Shown here: positions 1 through 11,342 of the stretch, one piece after another
Numbering within the stretch: the first letter of the stretch is position 1
Layout: each line of letters begins with the position of its first letter
Assembly: GCF_006345805.1 (NCBI RefSeq)
Contig: NW_021833664.1
Span: forward strand, 1-54,871
Length of the DNA: 54,871 nt
Direction of reading: 5' to 3'
Origin: Octopus sinensis
Lineage: Eukaryota
The notes under the pieces: generated by a model
What the model saw: the letters and a program-made list of their open reading frames with translations, nothing else
What the model was told of the DNA's origin: nothing
The model's database searches: none
Position numbers and translations under genes: made by a program

Positions 1-360
1 GTCAACATCCTCACCGCATCTGCAGCGGTGTTTTGCGCAAACATCCAGGCCGAGACGGTGAGCGACTCCGATGCGTATGGCAGCATCGTCTAGCCACGTC
101 CCGATACATGAGAGAGGGAGAGCATTCAGCCAGCTGCCAGAGTGAGGGGCGGATGCCGCACGAAGGCATGCCAGGCGGTGTTGGTCAAGAGTTGCCGAGA
201 GCTCAGACACAGGCGCTCGGCATAAAATAGTGTCCCAGACATTTTGGAAGGAGAAATCTCCAGGCCTCTCAGAAAAGGAGCGATCCCAGGTAGTAAGCCA
301 ATCCGATAAAGCACCGTCCAGGCAAGATCCGAAAGGTTTGAGTGTTGGACATCAAAAGGG
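1..360 (-). mobile_element. CRE-type RLE non-LTR retrotransposon fragment (copy of 32191-32813, cut by the window edge)
   Basis: Minus-strand translation ...SGSWLNALP...IRIGVAHRLGLDVCAKHRCRCG. The right-hand direct repeat AAGCGTTTGTT lies at 361-371. Confidence 0.88.
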
Positions 361-1291
361 AAGCGTTTGTTGTTCTTTAATTTCAGTTTTGTTGTCAGTG
401 TTTACCACAAAAAATTAATGGTCACTGGATTGGACCATTAAAGTCTATAAAACTATTCAAAAAAGTCGTGTAAATAAATAAAAATTAGATACAATTCGAC
501 TCAATAAACGCAATGTTTTCCAGCTTGTTTTCCTCTTGAAACTTTCTTCTCATTTAATCTTGCTTTTAAAAAATTAATTTTCTACATTAATTTAGTATCG
601 AAAAAAATCAAAGGTTCAAATAAAATTAGTTTTTAGTTTTGAATTAATGCGCCTGCTCTTTCACTTTAAACCAAATCCAATCTCTTCGACGTACACACTC
701 ACCCATCTCATAGGTTGTATTTTTGAGGGCCTTTATTATTTTTCCGATGACAATTTTGTCGTTTTTTAAAATTAAAAACTTCGAAACTACATTCGTCACT
801 GAAAATTGTCCTCATCTATTCAGTGTTTGACACAATGATGAAATGCTTTGACAAATTATAGCGTTTTTAACTATTTATTTTGCTCATACATATATTTTCT
901 CTTTTTTTTAAATAATTTGGGATGGATCTTTTTCGACTTTTTTGCGGTTATTATACGTAGATCATTCCTTAAGAAATCAGATAATTTTATCGAGCGTTAA
1001 AATGCTAAAAATTAAAAATACCACGTTCACACGAATAAAAAGTTTTTTTAAATACCTGTAATTAAAACTTTTATTTCAGATTAATACCAAATTACAAAAT
1101 AATATCACAAAATTAATTTAGGGTTAGTTTAATGATCCCTTTCGATATTTACAAAGAAAATATTGTTCAAAAATGCTGTTTTTTTAAAAAACGGTTTTTT
1201 TGTATATTTGTTTAAATACTTAAATATTGTTTTATAAAAATTCAAGTTAAATAAATTATTACTAAGGAACACTTATTTTATAAAATTAGAA

Positions 1292-2723
1292 ATGTCAAAG
1301 TTGACACAAATTAAAGAAAAATTAAATAGTCCAGATTATTCAGAAAATGGTGATTCTAACATTAATTACTACTTAAATAGAAATATTCAATCTAACAGCC
1401 CCAAGCGAGTGCTTCGAGAAATATAATCCAAATATATTAAACATGCAAATTAAATGGAATAATAAACCTCAAAAGCAGACAAGAGAATTGACGTATATTA
1501 AAGAGTCGTCACAACTATGGATGAAGAAGCTGTTGAAAAGAATAAACAGTCTTTGCATCGAATTCAATTTTACATTGTGCAAAAAACGTCCAGATCAAGA
1601 AAGAAGAAATATTTCACTTTATTGGAAAGAAATGAGTAGCATTCGCCAACAGAAAAAAGATCTCAGGCCAATTTATAACAGCAACGACTTACTAAATTTG
1701 ATTACAGAAATGAGGAATCCAAACCTAAAGGCGGATTGTGGCTCTGACCATTCACTTCCAGCTCTTCTTCAACTACGTCTAAAATGGCTTTCATTTGTTG
1801 ATGTAAAGAACAGATTTGCAACATTGCTTGATGCCATTATTAACAAAGAACAAGCAGAAAATGTTTTTGAGGTTTTAGACTCACAGGAAGTCAAAGGCGC
1901 GTTAGAAATCTGTAAAACTGGTTGCCCTCCTGGAAACCGTGGTTCCCTCTGGAAATTAGCAGTTGGTCTGGACGAGCAGAGAAACAATCAGAATTATTAC
2001 CAGTACATGAAAGATTTGTATCTTGAATATGAAATGATGATCGATTCAATAATTGAAGAGGATATTGCAGGGACAGTAACAAATGACGATCAGTACTTTG
2101 TTTTTGAAGAATTTATCTACCAAATCCTCCTGCCTTTCACAAGAGATCCTCACGTGAGAGAGACCATGAGATCTTTGAATGATGATCGACTGTTAGTACT
2201 CAACCAAAAAGAGTTGGTTATGTATCCACCAAATGGATACGTTCCATATTTGGGTTTCAGTTACTTAGTTGCTCCATTTTGTTACCTCTATACAAATATT
2301 GAAGACATTTATTTTGTTTTTCGGGAATTTTTTGAGCGTCATTTTATATTTTTGACAACAATATCATCACATGAAGAGTCTATTCTATCACTTTGCGTTC
2401 AATTTGAACAACTTTTAATTGAACGAGAACCATACTTGTGTTTTCATATGAAAAAAATTGGGATTTATCCGTTAACCATCGCGTTCAAGTGGATCGTGAA
2501 CGGATTCTCGGGATTTTTGGCTAATGAGGAACTACTTTGCTTATGGGATTGGATCATTGGGCAATCGAGTTTGCTCGTCATTCCAATATTGGCTGTTTCT
2601 ATTTTTTCATTTCGACAAGCAAGTGTGGTAAATGTAAATACTGTACAAGACATCCAAAACATTTTTGCTGACATTTCAAATATTAGAGTGGTTGCTCTAA
2701 TGATACATTTTTTTATTTTATAG
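1292..2723 (+). CDS. TBC1D19: TBC1 domain family member 19 (Rab-GAP TBC-like), 466 aa; exons 1292-1349 and 1381-2723
   Basis: NDDQYFVFEE, YPPNGYVPYLGFS..VAPFC, AFKWIVNGFSGFL and LWDWIIG match remembered TBC1D19 motifs. A 31-nt GT-AG intron (1350-1380) joins ATG 1292 in frame to the 426-aa ORF. Confidence 0.9.
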
Positions 2724-2778
2724 TTTATTTTTATATTTAAAGACAATTTTTGAATTTATTCAAATCCTAAGGTAATCC

Positions 2779-2870
2779 GTCGAGACTTCCTGTGTTTTTG
2801 GGGCCAAGACGCTTGCTCATCTTAAGAAACTTGGCCGCCTGTGCACCTACCGCTCCAGAGATCCGAAGGA
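2779..2870 (+). mobile_element. Short CRE 3' remnant (also about 35232-35323)
   Basis: Translation VETSCVFGAKTLAHLKKLGRLCTYRSRDPKE parallels VETSGVIGEKSLSFLKKLGRMISHKRGDPRE at 50.6-50.8 kb. Confidence 0.75.
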
Positions 2871-3826
2871 ATTTATATTCCTTATTCAGAGGATCTCGCT
2901 GGCTGTTTTACGCGGGAATTGTCTTTCAATCCTGCGAGACAGTACATAATGGCTAGATTTTTTTAACGATCTCTCTTTTTTAAAAAAAATTAACATTTGC
3001 AGATTATTAAAAGACGGATTGTTTGTCGAATCGGAAATGAGTATTGGTTTGAAATTATGAATCACCAAGAACTACTAAATGGAGTTTTAAATAAAGAATT
3101 TTCTATCCACTTTATATAGTTTAACTATAGTATTTTGTGTTTTACACTAATATGTTTGATGCAAAGTTTATATTAGCTATAAATAAACGTTGTTAAGAAT
3201 ATTTTTAAGAATAAAACTCAGAATTTTGAACAATTTTTTTGACACAATTTTGAGCAGTTTGGCGATCCGCCAGGCTGCTTCCTTTCGATTAATCGATATT
3301 AATTAATAACGAATCTTATTAAATATATAGATTATTGTTAATTTTAATAAAATCGATAAAGAAATTCATTAAATTTTATTATTTGATATCAAAATCATGT
3401 TATCGATCTAATTTGTTCAGACATTTTTTCCTAGTGAAGCATTTTGGGTAACATCTACGAATTTGTAAAGGAGGAATAATAAACACGGAAAACATTTCAG
3501 TAGCGCCCAATAGCCCCTAATTATTGTGTATCAAAGTATGCAATTCAGGGCTTTTCGTAGGTTTTCAGGTTGTCTGCTAATTATTAAAAACTTCTCTCAA
3601 TGTAAATTCGGAAAAGCATCATTCTTGAAATCTTTACAAAATTGTCAGATTTGTTTAAACAAGTAGTTAGTTATGCCAAAATTTAATTTTTATTAATCAA
3701 AATATTGGAAAATAAATTTAATTATTTTTTTTACATATTTATGATTATATTTTTATAACATATTATCATAAATAAAATAAATAACGAAAGAACTTGTTGT
3801 TGTTTATATTTTTGCTGGCTACAAAT

Positions 3827-6208
3827 ATGGATTCTGAAACATTGAATTTAAAAAATGCCGAAATGTACATAACCCGTGCATACTCACACTGCTACAAGGA
3901 CACAACTGAAGGACTCTATTCTGCTTTTTCCTATTTTTTAGAAGCAGTCAAATTAGTTCCAAAGAATGCTCAAATTTTCTTAAAATTTGGAGATTTTTTC
4001 CAATATTTCATGAACGATTCAAACCGTGCTTATTCTTGCTATGAAAGAGCCTACATTCTCGATTCCTTAGTACCAGAAATTGCCATTGCCTACCACGGAA
4101 GTAGCTTCGATTTACTAAACAAAGATTCAAGTCAAAAATACCTTCAAAATTTCATTCGAAGTGATCTTTCTCCTGAAATGATCCCCGCACTCCGCAGACT
4201 GGCAATATTTTACATGTGCAATGGGGAATACTCCCAGTCTCTGCGGATTTGTGACCTAGCAATCGACATTGACAAAGATTGTTTCATTTTTGTAATGTTG
4301 AGAACAGAACTGATTCGACTCAGTGGAATGAGTCTGACTTTTAACCACAAATCTTTTCTCGAAAAGTCTCAAGACATTCCCCAATGGAGGCTTTTAGTTA
4401 AACTGATTATTACAATCTCTTCCCTCAAAAGCGGAGACTTTGAAGAGATCGCCTCAACCCTCGAAGAATTGCTGAATTCAACCAACGAAGAATCGGAAGA
4501 TTTGATGATTTTTAAAGTCCTTTATGCTGAAGTTATGTGCTATTTGGGAGACGATTTGTTATCAGAAAATCGTTTTTTGGAAGCTTTTGACATTTATACA
4601 ATTGCTTTCGACAGTCTCCGTGGTTTTTTATCCCAGGAAAGCAGAGATCAGAAAATAGTTCTGTTTTTGTTTGGTTATTCTGCGTTTCGTCTTTGTCAGT
4701 TATGTTTCCATCCCGATTCTCCTCCTGGCCATGAAACCCTTCAGACATACGTCAAGTTGAGTATTTGGGCCTTTGGTCATTTGGCCATCATGACCAGGCT
4801 GTGTTCTGCGTTTTATAACTGTGCTTTGGCTGCCTCATTTCTTTGGAGAATTAATGGAAATGAGAGTGCCCGTGATTTGTCCGTGGGTTGTGCAGTCTCC
4901 TCTGTTTGTGAGAGTGGTGGGAGTTCTGATTCGTGGCTTCTTTTTGGGACTGTTGCTTACTTTTTCAAGGATTACGTTCTCGCAGAAAAATCATTTTTCA
5001 AATCAATTGATGCTTCTCAACACAACGAACGTGCATTTGTCAATTTGGCTGTACTTTATTACACATGTGAGGATTATGAGCACTCCTTTCGTGTTATTGA
5101 AATGTCCAAGAATGTTTCATTTTCTCGGGATAGTGAAATTATGCTAAAAATTCTTCTAATGAAAGCGGGCACTTCAGATCATTGGGAAATTTTTGATGGA
5201 ATTGACAAGCATTTGATGGTAGCTATTAATGGCTTCAATCCATCAATTTTTACCTATCGATTTTTTGCTGTGCACGTGGCGACAAAATTGTGTTCGATAT
5301 CATGTTTTCAGAATGGAAAAAAATATATTCCGTCCTGTAATATCACTAAGGATTCATCTCCAGAGGATCAAGTCACTAAGGCCATTGAAGGTCTTTTTTA
5401 TTATTTGGAGGCTCGACCCAACGATGCAATGGCTCAGTCTCTGCTTGGGTCATTCATGAATTTATTGGATTTCAAAACATCAGATGATCGGCATAAAATT
5501 GCTTTACAGCTCATCTCAGAAAAGAACGACGTATTTTCTCTCATCCCCGAACAACTATCCAGCCTTGATTGTGCGGTTATATTTAACGCAATGAGAAGCC
5601 TTGTTGATGTCAGAATGACTGGAGAATATATTTCTTCTTTGGTCTCATATCCGGGCACTAATCAATGCGAATTATTAAACGGATTTATTGGCTTGTACAA
5701 CATTGGGGAGTACACTTCTGCACTGAATATATTAAATTTACTTCACCGTGATCCTTTCAGTTTTAGATTGCAGGGAATTACTATTTTTAAATGTGGGAGA
5801 CCAAATGATGCCCTTGACTATTTGCTGAAGGTCAAATGTCCAGAATTAGTATTTGATATTTTCTATTTGTCCTTTCTACTGAAAAATCAAGACTCTGCAT
5901 ATCATGCATTCAAAATCATTTCTGCCAAAAAAAGTCTTGAAGCTCTGTTTGTGAAAAGTTTATGGAAGTTCATGTCAGGAGACAGGTCCCCCATTTGTAA
6001 TCTGGGTAATATACAACTTCGTTCTTTTTATAAAATGGGGAAGAATGATTTTATTCAGTATTATCTGGCACTATTATCCAATGAAGTGAGAATTGCAGAC
6101 CTACCCATTTTTCGACGTATGGTTGGTCAGTGTGAAATTCCACCGATGTGCTTGCCTCCACAGCTCTTGCAAGCTTTTCAGAAACATTATTACTTGTCTC
6201 CGCCTTAG
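3827..6208 (+). CDS. SKIC3: TPR protein, SKI3/TTC37-like, 793 aa from the first ATG; no intron required
   Basis: FLEAVKL...FGDFFQYFMNDSNRAYSCYERAYILD resembles the remembered human SKIC3 segment ...[26 protein letters not shown], with TPR-like periodicity throughout. The track's 3794 start is a TTG. Confidence 0.62.
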   Translation: MDSETLNLKNAEMYITRAYSHCYKDTTEGLYSAFSYFLEAVKLVPKNAQIFLKFGDFFQYFMNDSNRAYSCYERAYILDSLVPEIAIAYHGSSFDLLNKDSSQKYLQNFIRSDLSPEMIPALRRLAIFYMCNGEYSQSLRICDLAIDIDKDCFIFVMLRTELIRLSGMSLTFNHKSFLEKSQDIPQWRLLVKLIITISSLKSGDFEEIASTLEELLNSTNEESEDLMIFKVLYAEVMCYLGDDLLSENRFLEAFDIYTIAFDSLRGFLSQESRDQKIVLFLFGYSAFRLCQLCFHPDSPPGHETLQTYVKLSIWAFGHLAIMTRLCSAFYNCALAASFLWRINGNESARDLSVGCAVSSVCESGGSSDSWLLFGTVAYFFKDYVLAEKSFFKSIDASQHNERAFVNLAVLYYTCEDYEHSFRVIEMSKNVSFSRDSEIMLKILLMKAGTSDHWEIFDGIDKHLMVAINGFNPSIFTYRFFAVHVATKLCSISCFQNGKKYIPSCNITKDSSPEDQVTKAIEGLFYYLEARPNDAMAQSLLGSFMNLLDFKTSDDRHKIALQLISEKNDVFSLIPEQLSSLDCAVIFNAMRSLVDVRMTGEYISSLVSYPGTNQCELLNGFIGLYNIGEYTSALNILNLLHRDPFSFRLQGITIFKCGRPNDALDYLLKVKCPELVFDIFYLSFLLKNQDSAYHAFKIISAKKSLEALFVKSLWKFMSGDRSPICNLGNIQLRSFYKMGKNDFIQYYLALLSNEVRIADLPIFRRMVGQCEIPPMCLPPQLLQAFQKHYYLSPP

Positions 6209-6280
6209 TTCTTATTTTTACCGTTACTGAAATTTTTCTTTGTTTTATTATATATGGCTTCTTTTTAATAAAGGCGTATT

Positions 6281-6742
6281 TATTACGATAATAAATACGC
6301 AATACAATTAGCTAATTAATTGTAATTTACTAGAAGTTAATAAAGCCATCCATCCGAAGTGGACCCCGCCAACATAATTGACGTTGCGTTGCCTCTCACG
6401 ATAGCAACGGAGATCAACTGGAGAAGCCACCGGGTCTCACGTGTGTCGTGGCTTTTTAATGTGACTAAGCGTCCAAGGTTCTTTAGGAAGTGAAGCGATT
6501 TCCCACTTATTCCTCCAGTTGTCTCGACCACAATCGGACAGAACACAAATCGGTCTCGCAGCGCTTCATATTTTCTCTTCTTTGCCCTCATCGTTGTTTC
6601 CGCGCCATACAGTGTGTCCACTGCGCTCCCGGCAATGTTGGACGGGTAGAGTGTGTCTACACAGGTTGCGTCCCAGACTAGGGGTTTCCCCTCTTTAAAT
6701 AGGAAAATTGTGATCCCATCAGGACGTTTGCGTCCCTGTCTT
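6281..6742 (-). mobile_element. 5'-truncated CRE-type retrotransposon with 8-bp TSD GGCGTATT (6273-6280 and 6743-6750)
   Basis: Open frame RQGRKRPDGITIF...LVWDATCVDT...KKRKY...FCPIVVETTG...ISVAIVRGNATSI (PD-(D/E)xK RLE domain), flanked by direct repeats. Confidence 0.88.
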
Positions 6743-6899
6743 GGCGTATTAAAACTTCATCCCCATGTTCAATTTCGTCGTACTTCAATCTTCAATTTTT
6801 TCGCCTGATTTCACAATATTTTTGAAGGCAATTCTTCGTTTTTTTTCCCCCTCCAAATTCTTTCAAAGCGAAGTAAAATAGCCTTCAAAATCTAATAGT

Positions 6900-7810
6900 G
6901 CTTGCAATTTTTTTTTTCATATTTTTTTAGAAAGATCCAAATTAAAAAAATTCCAATGGTCTTTGCTTTCTTGTATCGTGGATAGAATAGTTGTAATCAC
7001 GAACAATGTCTCTTATCAAATGAATATAACATTCAAAATTGCCTCTCGATACACTAGAGAATGAGATCCATCGTTTTACCATCGACTTGTCCCCGTATTG
7101 TGGCCATCCAGTAACATGAGAAATATTGTATCTTTCCCAAACGGAATGTAGAATAATCGGAGATCCAATTATCCAAAAAATCATATCCAGGATAACACAA
7201 ATCTCATTTGCAGATTTGCTAACGGTACTTTCTACTACACTGAACTTAGAAAAAGAATCAATTAAAACAAGTATCTGTTGATTATACTCAAAAAAATAAC
7301 CCAGGAATTATTTTCATTTTTGCAGAATATCGCCTAAAATCGACAAGATCTACGATATATCGGTCTCTTGATCCATAAGCCATGATAGGTAAAATTACAG
7401 GTTTAGTCGCAAACATTCGTTTAGAGTAAACTTGTTAAACCAATGATTAACCTGACAATAAACGCATTTAGATACCACAGTACCGACTTCACTACGTATT
7501 GCATCATAAATCGTAAGTGACAATTGTGTTGAGCCTAATTTACATCACTAAATATCAAATTTCAATATATTTTAGCTTTAATTCAGCTTCCTCAATACAA
7601 AAGAATTCCAACTCTAAACCATTTTTAGTAATATAGCCTGCGGATTCTTTGAAAGTAAAAATTTGGACATATCGTTTGATTTTTTCTCTTTCCCTCCAGT
7701 CAATAAATTCGTGAGTAGTCCGGATTTCGTGAATTTTTTATTATTAATAATTTTTTCCAATGAAAAGTTGTCTGCAAAAAATTTTTTTGGTATTTTAAGC
7801 ATTGACATCA
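6900..7810 (-). mobile_element. Degenerate Ginger/Gypsy-like DDE integrase (also about 39353-40263)
   Basis: Fragments VSKCVYCQ, RDRYIVDLVDFRRYS, IDSFSKFS...KSANEI...IFWIIGSPIILHS and IVRDYNYSIHDT occur in collinear order, with stops and deletions. Confidence 0.75.
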
Positions 7811-7899
7811 CCGCCCTGGCGTCTTGCCGCTCTGGACTGTGACATTAAATTTTAATTCGTTCTATTAAAATAAAAAATCCAATTAATTATGTCCAGTCG

Positions 7900-8415
7900 A
7901 ATCGGCATAGTGATTATATTCCTCAGAACATTGTCCTTTGCACCCCTCACTACGCTTTAGAATTGACAATGCCTTTGTAAACCCGTCTTAATTCATCTAC
8001 ATGGAGAATTTCCGATACCGAACTATGGAATCTTGACTTTTTCACAGAAAACAACTTCGTGCCCTAAATGGCGTACTCAGAAAATCAATAACTCATTCTC
8101 TACAGGCTCAGCAACTCAGCGCAAATCACCCGTGACATTATAAACGGCTGCTGGAGTCTATTTGGGCACATCCTAAGAATGGACTCAACTGCACCTGCCT
8201 ACAAGACCATGGAAGAATACTTCCTGTCAGATGGACCAAAATTTCGTGGACAACGCCGAATAACTCTGCCGGCCGTCTTGTAACAAGACCTAACTTGCAC
8301 GGGGAAAACCCTAAACAACTGCGATGACCTGAAACAACTGTGCAGGCAGAGCCAAAACCGCGGAGAGTGGAAACAATGGTTAAAAAGATCGTATCGTGTG
8401 TGTGACGTGTAGGAA
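7900..8415 (+). mobile_element. RTE-like LINE 3' fragment (also about 40353-40868)
   Basis: Broken frames SSTWRISDTELWNLDFF..RKQLRAL and SLFGHILRMD.TAPAYKTMEEYF...KFRGQRRITLPAVL...DDLKQL resemble RTE C-termini. Confidence 0.7.
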
Positions 8416-8933
8416 TATGACTTATTCTGTTCATGTTCCAATGGGAAGTGTTATAATAATTTTGAAGGAAACCAAATCTCAATTTCTGACAGAAAAGTGT
8501 TATTTTTATTCTGATCTTAAAAATTATTTTTCGTAAAAAATGAATATTGTGGGTTTTGAAAGAAGATAGTAAAAAGTATAAACGCGCACGGGTTAATCAG
8601 TTCTCAGAAATAAATGTAAACAAAAAATTACAAACATATATGAGTAAAAAATCAATAAACTCAATTTTCATAACATCATAATAGTACTTATGAACGTGGG
8701 AATTGCATCCAAAGAACTCCTTAAGTCAGTAAATGTAAAAAAACTGCACAAGTACGGTTTAGTTTTTGGAAAAATGCGCAGATCCACAATGAAAAAGTCA
8801 GATATCTTTATTTTATTTACATTGAATGTGACCGGCTTGGCCGAGATAGACTTAGTAGTTTTTTTATTTAACCCAAGAATCACCAACAGTTAATTAGGGT
8901 AAATACTTAGGTGATTTCAACAATCCTCAAGAT

Positions 8934-9335
8934 CAGCGGTTTTCAAATGCGGCCCCGAGGATTTTTTGCGGCCCCTCTAGAGTAACTAACTTTTTTAATT
9001 TTTACCAAAGACAAAGTAATTTTCGATGAACTTTACGATGAAAGATGGATTGCCGATTTGGTTTTTTATGTTAATTTAACCACGCATTTGTCGGATCTCA
9101 ATGTTGAATTACAAGGAAAACTCAAACTCTGTTATCAGTTATATGAATATATTTCTTCGTTTATCGAAAAATTATATTTATGGATGACTTCACTTAAAGG
9201 CGGAGATACATCTCATTTTTATTCACTATCTGAAAACAACGAAGGCGCTGCTTATGAAAAATACATATCCATAATTGGTGATTTAATTAATCAATTTGAA
9301 GCACGTTTTGGGGTACATTTATATAAATTTAATTT
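8934..9335 (+). mobile_element. hAT (Buster/SPIN/GTF2IRD2-like) internally deleted fragment (also about 41385-41790)
   Basis: Starts CAGCGGTTTTCAAATGCGGCCC, a hAT-type end. Encodes ERWIADLVFYVNLTTHLSDLNVELQGK...LINQFEARF. Confidence 0.8.
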
Positions 9336-9897
9336 TTAGAATTTTAAAGAATTCCTTCCTTAATGAAAATATTCGCAACTCCATTCGTCCTTCCTTTTGG
9401 CGATCTGTTTTTGTTGGTTTGTTTTGTTGTCTATCTGTTTTTTAGAAGTCATTAAAACCATTAAAAATAGATTTCAAATTGGACTTAGAAAAAAGTAAGA
9501 TACTTTTTATATAGACGTAATTGATATTAATGAGATTTTGATGCAGTCCATTAATATGCCGAATTCATTAATGAGCCGGTGAAATGAATAATGTGATGAA
9601 CAATATCCAGTCAATTCTACAAACGAGAAAAAATAAGAAAGTATGGCAATTAAACACAGGAATGGCTTGAAATAGAAAATTATGACGATCAAGTTGTCGC
9701 GACAATGAATAATCTTATCACTAAACAAGAACTACAAATGTTAGTTGATTTACCTAAAAAGTCATAATCCTTCATGAAGAAAAAACGAAAAACTACGAAA
9801 AATGACTAATACCGAATGATCACTATAATTCTACAATTTAAAGATGTAGTCTCTTTAAGTATAAATACTTGTCAAATTATAACATAGAAAAAGTACA

Positions 9898-11342
9898 TCA
9901 GTGCGGAGACTGGAAAAAAAATAAGGAATGTCCAGAAGACAGTGCAAAACAATCCTCATGTGGATGCCATGCACAATTCAGAATTTTTGACTCAACTTTA
10001 AATTCGTCAAAGGCATCCTCCCTTTTCTTCCGGAATGGGAAATTTATGGTTTTTACCGGCCTAATTAAAACGGGACGTCCACGGGGTGGATTTCCGTTTA
10101 TATTCGTCTGGTAAACATGGTCTTTATTATTTCGCCTGTCAAATATACGGAAGTAATTATTGTAAGAACCCGTCAGCACAAATCTGAATAAAAAATGCAC
10201 ATTTTATCAACCTGTCATTGTGGCTGCTCACGACTTGGAACTTGTCATAAATCGAATCATTTTGATAAAGAAAATTCAACTTGCCCTTCAAATTATCACT
10301 CACTCGGAAGGTCTCCACTGGCCGACTTTCCATGGAAAGGTCCCAAATTTTGATGGAGAGATAATCCCGGGAAATCACAAACTTCCCACATCTACTAAAC
10401 TTGATGTCCGATATGGTCCCCGTTATCTCGTCGTAGATCGAACTCGTCCTTAGTGAAGGATTATCTCCAAATACTACAAACTTCAAAGCAAAAAAGCCAC
10501 GTTTAGAATGATGGTCGCAAAGCGCGTTTTGTCTCATGTCACATAAACGAATCAGTCCTTTGGTACTTCCGTAGATAAAAGAATGTGAGAAGAAATGGTG
10601 GAATTGAGCACATGTTATCACTTCCGACACATTTTCTGAATATTGCGGCTTCTTGTCCACCACATCTAAATATTTCGTCATTGTGGACTACTCAAAGCTC
10701 GATTGGGATATTCAATGTTCCAAATATTTATTCTCAGGTCATCTCCCGATAGAAATGTCTCCATGTCACAATTCGGACTGAGAGAATTTATTTGGAACAT
10801 ATGAGCCCCCACATATGACCTCTTTGGACTATTCTCCACGACCCTCTCCCCCAAAGTGACCTTCGGAAACCGCATACACCCCCCTTGAGGCCCATCGTGA
10901 TCAATATCAAACAATTTGACATTTTTTTCACTCATTTTCCATAATTTAATACATTTGTCTGTTTATATGAACAGTTGGAGATAACCGTTGGTGGACAATA
11001 AAAAACGTGAGTGATTCGGTTGTGGTAGCCAACAAATCGTGACTATTTTGGGGTCAATCACCACACTTTTGAGGCAATCAAATTCATTAATATGACTCTG
11101 GAAGCCACTGTAGAGCGAATATTGGACATCTCCTGACTAAAAGAATTCGATTATTCAAATTAATAACGTTTGCCTCATTAAAGACAACGATTTGTCCTCG
11201 TTTGTTTCCCACAGCCAGCATATCTCCATTCTTACTGTATTCCAGGGTAGTGATTTGATCGCCTGGAATTTGATTAATATGGGATACTCTCACAGCTGCT
11301 ATCGTCCCTCAGTTCATTTATTTGGGAAAGATACCAATTCAT
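9898..11342 (-). CDS. PPP2R2: PP2A regulatory subunit B55 (WD40), 426 aa, 7 exons
   Basis: Motifs [40 protein letters not shown]...[11 protein letters not shown] and [10 protein letters not shown]. Six GT-AG introns (25, 31, 27, 26, 27, 28 nt) give a 1281-nt spliced CDS. Confidence 0.95.

Noticed and set aside
700-745. AG/GT followed by TATTTTTGAGG as an Sm site of an SL RNA or U5 snRNA
   Set aside because: No U5 loop I and no convincing stem-loops; T-runs are ubiquitous here.
4533-5658. Antisense and alternative-frame ORFs in the track overlapping real genes and TEs
   Set aside because: They are shadows of coding sequence with no independent motif support.
6274-6333. Helitron 3' end (hairpin followed by CTAG)
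   Set aside because: The hairpin is AT-rich and about 30 nt from the CTAG; the TSD-flanked CRE explains the region.
8560-8830. KKYKRARVNQ and a later MKKSDIF, sharing the 13-mer GCACGGGTTAATC with the HES basic region; a possible HES pseudogene
   Set aside because: I could not build a coherent spliced bHLH, there is no WRPW, and the surrounding residues do not align. Kept only as a weak hint.
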